Shown here: positions 55,920 through 64,000 of the stretch, piece after piece
Numbering within the stretch: the stretch's first letter is position 1
How the letters are laid out: each line of letters starts with the position of its first letter
Assembly: GCA_001244265.2 (NCBI GenBank)
Contig: CDLV01000008.1
Location: 372,001-436,000 of the forward strand
Length of the DNA stretch: 64,000 nt
Direction of reading: 5' to 3'
Source: Microbotryum violaceum
Taxonomy: Eukaryota
Made by a program: the position numbers and the translations under genes
Notes under the pieces: generated by a model
The model's database searches: none
What the model was told of the DNA's origin: nothing
Seen by the model: only the letters and a program-made list of their open reading frames with translations

Positions 55920-56913
55920 GGCCGCCACTAATCAAGTGCGGAACGCGTCTGTGGTGACCACTTTGCTAATCCTATGCCGATCGACTCGACTCGAACCGTC
56001 TCCGACGGCAAGCCTTGCCTGGCTATCGGGAATGCTCGGAATACTGCTGCTCACTGGGCGTCTAGAGCCGAGTCTCGCAGCGTTTCGAAGAGGCCTAAAG
56101 AGTTGCGGGACTTCCAAGCTTCGAGAGGATCGGGCGGCGCGACGACCTCAGGCGGTTTCGCAGCGAATCGAGAATCCTTAGGTCGGCTTGGCTGGAGGAA
56201 ATCTCCGGCGTCTGCGCAGGGCTATGCCAGGTTGATGCTAGTACGATGTCCGAGTAGGTGGATGCGAATGGTTGTGGGATGCTATGGCTTAAGGATTCGG
56301 TTGAAAGGATGCCCTCATCGTGAAGCGATGTGTAGTAGGTACCAGAGGAGAGCTGAGACCACCTAGTATTCCCTGTGACAGCAACAGTGCATCGTCATCA
56401 GTGGATATGTCGCAAATATGTTTGCGAAACTCAAACCGACTTGAACAGGAATGTGCATGCGGTGGGCCTGATCGGCGCTCAGCAGTTGTTGAAAGAGCGA
56501 AGCCCACTGGGAATCCAGGATGGAAGTGATCGGAAACGCGGGCTTCGGCCGGCGGCATCTGACATCGGAGCCGCTCCGGCCGCCGTCGGCCCGAGCGTCA
56601 CATCGTGTGCACGCTGACATTAGATACCAGTTCAGAACTTCCTTCACTATACCATGAATCTCTGCTTACCTACCTTGGCAGGTCTATCTGAGACATCCTC
56701 CCTTCCCTACCGTCGCGGGGTACCACAGTAAAGATCCTAGGGCTCTCCCTCACCGGCTTCCCGCGCCGTGCCCCAAGGGGCTCCAAACTCAAAAAGCTTG
56801 TTCGTCCCAATCGGGAATCGACGTTCTGCCGGTTCATACAAATACAAGGGGTATAATACGACAGATAATAGCTTATTCGAGGACAGGGACTCGGTACATG
56901 AAGGGATCGGAGC

Positions 56914-59083
56914 CTAGTATTGCTGGAAACTCTGTTCGGCCGACGGGGGTGGTTCTAGAGCGTCATTTTCGCTCTCCTCCTGACCACTCGATCTACGACG
57001 AGGTTTAATTCCAGAACTCCGGGTTTTTTGCCTCTTGTAGAGGCCTTTGCTCTCGGCCACAGGTTAGGGAAGGGCCTCGAAATACCAAATTCTTTCCTCC
57101 TCGGACCGGCGCTGTCGGTCCGAGGACGTTGGTCCGTGCTGCTTGCCGGCTGCGAGACACTGGGAGCAGATAGTTGAGTCGCAGTAACGAAGAAAGAACG
57201 GCGGTCGTCCGCCTCTTTTGCGCCACGGACACTGCTCGTCGAGATGATGCCCGAGGTGCTGATCTGGCTCGCAGCGACTCGGGTCAAACGGGCCGACCCC
57301 TGTGGCTGACGGTACCGGTACGCCTGATAGATCAGGATGCTCAGAACGAGGAGGAGCAGAGACGGGTACGACCAGGTTCCGAAGTAGACCGATGATTCGA
57401 AGATGCCCCAAGGGCCGTTCACGATCGCGAGGGTATTTGAAACGATCGCGAGGTACATCAATGTTCCGACGACCCCAAACGAAAGCGATACGGCACACAT
57501 CGAGAACTGTGCAGAAGCGTGTTCAGGTCGTCAGATCCACGCTTACGCCGCGCGCCCGCTCCTTCGGTGGAGCATCATTCGAGTGCCCGGTATTTACCAG
57601 CATCAGCTCCAAACGCGCTCGGGCGAGGACGATAATGGTACGAGACTTTTACCGCTGATAAATGTTGGCACGCCCCATGCACATCTTGCGAAGGTCCGAA
57701 GCCTTGAGAGAACTCTTGCTCGGGTTGAAGGTAGCCATGTCGATCCACCTTATCATCTTGTCCAGGTTCCGTGGGCGCGATTCGGCTGCATCGACGTGAG
57801 GTTCCAAGTTTGCAGGCCCTTCGATTCGAGATCCTGGCGAAATTGCTGCCAAAAGCTGGTCCTTATTGAAGTCAATCTGCCTTTGCATGACTCGGCAGAG
57901 AGACAGGCCGGCCGCGTTCTGGCGAGGGGGGAGAAGCGGGTCAGGCCCGGTCAGTCAGTCACAGGTCACGGGCCTAACCTTTGAACAAAGCAACGCACCA
58001 CGATGAGGATCGCCACGGCCATGATCACGCAAGGTCCATAGGTATAGGCCCCCGACTTCCAATATGCGATGTAGGCCGCCTGGACTGCGGCGACTTGTTC
58101 CACGGCCGAGCCGGAAGCTACAGAGGGCAGGTCTGGATAAGCTGCCTCGTTCGATTTGAGCTGAGTGATCAGGGCGACGTAGGCGTTCCAGAACTGAGCA
58201 CCTTTGTGTGTATAGTATGCATTAGCGGTTATGCCCATCGTACCGCCAGCGATAAAGACCGAAATGAAGAAGGCGTTGACAAGCCAGGACGGAACCGTCA
58301 CGCTCAAGGCTTGATCCGTCGTCATAAGGAATGTTGTAAGATTGGCCCATACAAGGATCCAGCCATGCTCACTGCCCGGTTCACAACCGGCAAGTCATAG
58401 AGTCAGCTCGCCGCGAAGAGGGAAATCACGAGCTCTTTCCGACCGTAGTGCTGAAGAGGCATCGGTTGCGGAAAACCTGCACACTCACAACATCGGCGTC
58501 ATGCTGAACGCTCTCCACGCGAAACTGCTCTTCATGCTGTGTTGATAGATCCAGACTCGGACCGAGCCGATGCATAGACCGATCGAGGATATGCCGACCA
58601 TGAGGAGGAAGAAAATTCCGACCGTCCTCGAGCGGGGTTTTGTCGGACAGCCGATCAACCTTTTCTCGAGAGTGGCCGAACAAGACACGACTTTCTTCCT
58701 CATCAGTTTGCTGACATGCTCTTTTACGTGCCAATAAGGACGCACCCTTCGAAAAACCCAGAATGTTCGCTGCTTCATCCGGTACGACTCCTCGCCGCCG
58801 GCATTTAAAGTTACGGCCTTGGTCCGTTCGTATTGCGTGAGGACGAGATACACCAAGCTGCTGAGAGCGAGCCTGTTGGGTGAGAACGAGAGTATCAGAA
58901 AAGCGCATTCTCCTTTTGTGAGAGCTGAGACGTGAGCGAGGAGCACATGAATCAACGGAACCTCACTCACAGGACGTTGATGACCGACAACACGATCATG
59001 CGAGCTTCGAAGCCTGGACTTGGGGTGCGGTATACCTGGGCGTGGAGAGATTCGATCATCGCCGTGTAAGGGTTGCTCATCAT
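56914..59083 (-). pseudogene. Orphan 7-TM paralog B, disrupted
   Basis: Same exon layout as paralogs A and C, but with an 8-nt frameshifting deletion at about 58638, an in-frame TAA at 57649-57651 and a 1-nt frameshift at about 56982. In-frame upstream ATGs exist at 59140 and 59179. Confidence 0.8.
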
Positions 59084-60288
59084 CGACGCGTCTGCAGAGC
59101 TCGACGATGCTGTAACAGCTCTCCCCACTATTCTGCTCATATTCGTCCCTCTATATCCCGATATCCGGTCGACTGACATCGGCCCTGCGGCCAACGGCGC
59201 CGGGGGCTACGCGACAAAACCGGGTCGTCGATCCAAACGAGTCGGCGACTTTAAGTTGCACTCTTTCAGCCAGGCCAAACCTCGTAGCGAGACCTTTCCG
59301 TTGATCAACGGTCTGTCGTTTGATCCGAGTGAGATATCGAAAGTGTGCGCACGAGGGGTCAAGAGGGGCACCGCGGGGACCGTATGTGTGGTGAAAAGAT
59401 GAAGCTTTCGAGACAAAAGTATCTTTGCCGGCAGGCGTCACGCGCTGCTGTCCCAAATTGGAGGTGCGCGCGTATTGGTGCGGTGTAGAACTTTGGCCTG
59501 GGCTCGCGCGTGCTGGAGCCGCCGTCGCGGTACCAGCGAATGCGGACTCCGAGCTCCTCCTTCGGCTGCGACTCAGTGCGGTATGAATCCGAGCTGTTCC
59601 CTATTGCAGTGCTAGAAACGCGGGTCGCCGCAGTTTGTGACGTGGCATCTGCCTTTGTAAGAAAGTACCACAGCAGTCAGGCAGGTAGCTGACTCACTCC
59701 ACACGTAAGTATGGTGGTGTCAGTGGTGATACAAATATTGCACATAACATCCACATTTTCCTATCGCGATCGACCTGCAGAAGCAACATGAGTGACCCAA
59801 GCGGCCCAGCTTGGACGGTCACGTGAATTGTTACCTCCGGCGGCGGCGAAAATCCCGACCTGCCAGCCCAGTGACTGCGCGAGTTAAGTTGCAGGGAATC
59901 CTGACAATCATGCCATGTACGGGCGTTATCAGGCATATGTATCCATCGAAGAGTTTAGGACGATCAGTTGACTTGCCCCAAAGACGAACCTCGCCCCTAA
60001 ACACAGCGACTGCGTCAATCTTTTTCCATTCGTGCCCCGAATCGCATCGCTCCGAATGTGCACCTTTTAACTGCTAGTGACCAAGCCGTGAGCACCCACT
60101 GACGCGCCGCAAATAAAATCGCGAATCGCGTAGGCGGCCATAAGCTTCACACGAGCGCTCTCACTAGTTGTTACAGTAGTTTATTTTTTACAACAAATGG
60201 ATGTTTCCGCGGCTTTGGTTAGCTGCGGCAACTCAGCTTGAGGCCAACTCATGGGCAGTCTCCAGTGCACCGTCACCACAGGAGCCAC

Positions 60289-62510
60289 TCATACTTGACT
60301 GGCGCTGGTTGGCGCGGGTTTCTCTTGTGTAACTTGTTCTTCAGTCGATGAGGTTGTCGCGCTCATCTCCTCCTCCGCCATCTCCTCCGTGACCGCTCTC
60401 TCAACGACCATGTTGACGCCCAAAGCCGGCTTGGTGTTGGTTGAATCAATCGACGCGTTCCTCCGGGCCCACGCATTGGCGAATCGACCGAATAGATGCG
60501 TTACATCTCCTCTCCTACCGGTGACGTCTGATTCTCCTCTGCCTCGTCTATCAAGTGGGGGTGGTGGTAGTGCGAAAGAGCAGGATCGGGAATGGCTCGG
60601 CCGAACGATGGGCTCGGCACCTGTCTCCGACATCGCCTGCGCAGCGGGAATGGCCCCCCCGACGGAGTTGGAGCTTGTACCGCCTCCAAGGTCTCCTCCT
60701 AAGGTTCGGACCGAAGTCCTCGCCCTTTCCCTATATTGGAACGCCTGGAACAAGAGAAAAACTAGGGTGAGGAGAGAGAGCGTAGTATAGAACCAGCCAC
60801 TCATGTAGACCGCCGATTCGAATCGACTGAACGTCCCGGTCACGATGGTGAGATTGTGGCAGATTATGGTGAGGTAGGTGAGGATCCCGATGATGAACAT
60901 GGAGATGACCGCAGCATTGATCGAAAACTGCAACATGCCGATGGGAAACTTCATACCATCAGCTCCTGTACGGTACTCCACAAATAATCCCGTTCCATCG
61001 TAGACTTACAAGCAACAACTCCCACCGAGCTCGTGTCAGGACGATAATGGTCCTTGCTCTGTCCTTGCAATGGCTTCGCGCGTCGAGTTTGGACATGCGC
61101 CTAACCTGAGAGGCGGATAACCTCTTGCCATTAAAGTCCTCGATACTAGCCGTCGACTCGAAGGGGCTCAGCCCCTTCGAAAGGCTCAGTCGCTTCAGTA
61201 CTGCCGTCGACGGTCTTCGTGGCATACCCGTCTCTTGCACCAACGAGCTCGTCAGCTGATGTTCGGTTGTGATCGCCGATATAAGTTGCTCTTTGTTGTA
61301 GTCGATCTGCTTCTGTAGCACTCGGCAGAGGAACAGGCCGGCCATATTCTTCGGAACGCGTTCAACTGATCAGCTCGACAGGAACAAAGTGACCCCGGAG
61401 AGGGCGGCGGGAATAGACGTACAACGACAATGATGGCGAGGGCCAGGATGATGCAAGGTCCGAAGGTGTAAGCTCCTGACCGGAAGTAGCGCACGCCAGC
61501 GGCCTGAACTTCTGCCGCTTGCTGCAACGTGAGGTTATATGCATCCGCAGGCAACGCAGGGTATGCCGCATCGTTGTTCTCGAGCCTGGCCTTGAAAGCA
61601 AGGTAGGCACTCCAGAACTTGAGACCTTTAGAAAAGTTGACGCAGCTGCAGATGATGGCCACGCCCAAGCCACCGAGAAAGACCCCAATGAAGAAGATGT
61701 TCACAAGCGTCGACGAGACGGTGAATGTCGAGTGTCGGTCGGTCATCATCAAGAAGGTGGTTAAGCTCGTCCACACCGTAATCCAACCGTGCCCGCTGGA
61801 GAGAATGACGCATTTAGTTTTGGATCAGCTCTGCACTCAAGAAAGAAGGCGTTGCAGACAATGACACGTCACGTACAACATCGGCATGAGCAAAAAGGCT
61901 CGCCATCCAAAGCTGTCTCGCATCGCGCCTCGCTCGACAAATACCTTGATCGAGTTCAGCGCGAGTCCAATCCAAGTTACAGCCACCGCGATGCCGAACG
62001 CTGCTCCAAGTATCCGATGATTCGGAATGATGAGCTTGCCAGAGCTCCGATCGACCTATGCAACAGATAGCACGATGCGTTAGACTGTTGATCTTCTTTC
62101 AAAAGCACAGACTCCTCCTAGCCTTACCCGACGGAACAACCAAAACGCTCGTTGACTTTTTGGCTGATAGGAGGCGTCTGACACTCGCCTCGTATTCCTC
62201 TGTCGCTCGCGGTAGGTGATGCCAAGGTATGCAAGGATTCCGATAATAAGACTGTCACCAGAAAATCGAGATAAGAAGAACATACAAGTGAGGTCAGCCT
62301 CCGCGTCCGTCTCCTAGAAGAAGCACCCGAGAGCACGCAGTGTGAAATCCCGCCACTGAGCCGAACTAACACTACATTGAGCACGGCTAGGGTAATCATC
62401 CTAGCCTTGAACCCTTTCGAAGGGATTCGATATACCTCCGTGTTGATGAAGGAGATCATAAGATCATAGGGTGTCGCTTTTGACGATCTATTGCCCGCCG
62501 GCGAGGCCAT
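60289..62510 (-). CDS. Orphan 7-TM membrane protein, tandem paralog C (intact, 6 exons)
   Basis: TPYDLMISFINTEVYRIPSKGFKARM, FWLFRR|VDRSSGKLIIPNHR, PMFGHGWITVWTSLTTFL, DRARTIIVLTRARWELLL|FSIN, FESAVYMSGWFY. Intron positions and phases are identical to paralog A. Confidence 0.85.
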
Positions 62511-63228
62511 GGTTGCTCGTGCTCGCCACCTCTTTTACACGCGAAAGGACTCGAGTCTCGACCGCGCCTACAGGGCGGCCGGAGGGTTGGTTCCACCGTT
62601 GCCGAGGCTCCTGGCAGGTGATTTGGATTCTGCAGAGTGCTGATACGGTCGCGGAAATGCACTTGGGTGTTTGGAGTAGGACCGTGACCCCTGTTGTGAG
62701 TCAGTACGAGCACACGGAAGAGAAGCAAGCATGGAGCAAGGCTGCTTCCCAGGCACCAGCAGGCTGCCAAGCTTGAGCGCTTTTAAGCTCTCTGTTGCGC
62801 GCACCCGCGCGAGGCCGGGAGCGATCGATCGGGGAGCCTGGTGAATTGGAGCCCCACCGAAGTTCGACGGTAGCCGTCGAGCGAGACCCTTCCGTGGGGG
62901 TCCAACACCCGATGCCGAATGGCGGCGAAAGAGCGGGTTAGCTCAAGCTCTGAAGCTTTGACCTGGCAAGTAATCCGGAGTCGGTGAATGTAGCCGTGAC
63001 TTATTCAATTCACGAAGCTCGACGGCGTGGCAAGAGGGTCACGGTGACCGTACGTGGTTGTCAGCTCCTGTACTTCAAGGGGTTTGCTACCCGCCCGTGA
63101 CCTCCTGATTCATGGTCCCGAGTATATTATTAGAGACATCGCAATGTAACTACTGAAACCACTGAAACCAGCTCGAAGTTCCAATAAAGGGCAATCGAGG
63201 TTGTAATTAAAAAAAGGTAGGTAAGGCA

Positions 63229-63300
63229 CCTTATAAGTAACGGGGGCCTTATAAGTAACGGGGGCCTTATAAGTAACGGGGGCCTTATAAGTAACGGGGG
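63229..63300. repeat. 4 x perfect 18-bp tandem repeat CCTTATAAGTAACGGGGG
   Basis: Four identical units are directly visible. Confidence 0.98.
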
Positions 63301-63715
63301 CACGCCGGGACATGCTTTGCACGGCCCCCATAGGCTGCAAGTCGCCTTTTAGCGTCGGGACGTCGGGAGCCTGCCCCCGACGTTCTTAGGCTCCTGTCCC
63401 GCGTACATCGAAAGGTTTACCGTGTTCCTGCGCTAAGGTAACACACGCTCCATCTCTTATCAAGAGCCTACAATAGCACTCCATGGCTCACCATACCGAG
63501 ATGCTCCGCGCGAATCGGACCACCTCGACGATGCATGTCTCAAATTCAATCTCTAGAGGCTGGCCCTTTTGCAAAGCTTGAGCAGCGCCCGGTAGTGCCT
63601 AGCCCTTCCTCCCTCCCGCTGTGCGAGCTGACGACGGACTTAGCGCAGCTGCGAATCCGCCTGTGGTCTCGAACTCGAAATCATCATTCGTTGACCACAG
63701 CCCTCTTCGACAGAA

Positions 63716-64000
63716 ATGGTCCGTGTCTCTACATCTTCGCATCCTACTTGGTTCGATGCACGCTGAACGGCTTCTTTGCTTTCCCCCCACCCACAGGTTC
63801 AAGGATCACGCCATGATGATGCCATGGCAGCCATGGTCGACTCGAGCCCTCGCAGTCGCAATGACGACTGGCCAGGCTTCACCGACGTCTTCCCCAGCAG
63901 CAAGTTCGGACCTACGCCTGTCGTCGTGATGGATGGAGGAATGGGAACGACGCTTCAAGCGCCACCTTTCTCGCAGAACATCGACTCTGCTTTGTGGTCG
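63716..64000 (+). CDS. Homocysteine S-methyltransferase (Sam4/Mht1/MmuM family), 3'-truncated by the window edge
   Basis: VVVMDGGMGTTLQAPPFSQNIDSALWS is the family N-terminal motif. The likely start is an ATG-only exon (63716-63718) followed by intron 63719-63796; in-frame ATGs also occur at 63824 and 63833. Confidence 0.85.

Noticed and set aside
63229-63300. CRISPR-like array and the ORF with APVTYK repeats (63110-63340)
   Set aside because: The units are contiguous with no spacers and the context is eukaryotic. The ORF is a by-product of an 18-nt repeat.

Overview
This is a gene-dense, intron-rich fungal genomic window. Short GT-AG introns with CTRAC-type branch points and many micro-exons, together with the gene content, point to a basidiomycete yeast of the Rhodotorula/Microbotryomycetes type (inference). 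I reconstructed about 27 spliced genes by hand. Most are housekeeping or conserved: a DYRK kinase, Dib1/Dim1, a Yvc1-like TRP channel, an ankyrin protein, Ost4, pyruvate decarboxylase, CCT5, FAD synthetase, a bHLH factor, Sin3, Ipp1, NAPE-PLD, a PPR protein, Shr3, a DUF2470 protein, a mitochondrial pyruvate carrier, Rsa3, Qcr6 and the start of a homocysteine S-methyltransferase. Three stretches look accessory. (i) 6.7-8.8 kb: a BTB gene with an internal duplication and nearby repeats. (ii) 44-46.4 kb: a secreted ferritin-like (Rds1-type) protein with His-rich repeats and a MITE in its promoter. (iii) 53.8-62.5 kb: three tandem orphan seven-transmembrane (GPCR-like) paralogs, the middle one pseudogenised by three lesions. 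Other notable signals are a RING-LysM-UBA-like protein, a probable non-AUG mitochondrial presequence on Ipp1, and splice-controlled start and stop codons in Ost4. All family calls come from motif recognition only; no database searches were run.
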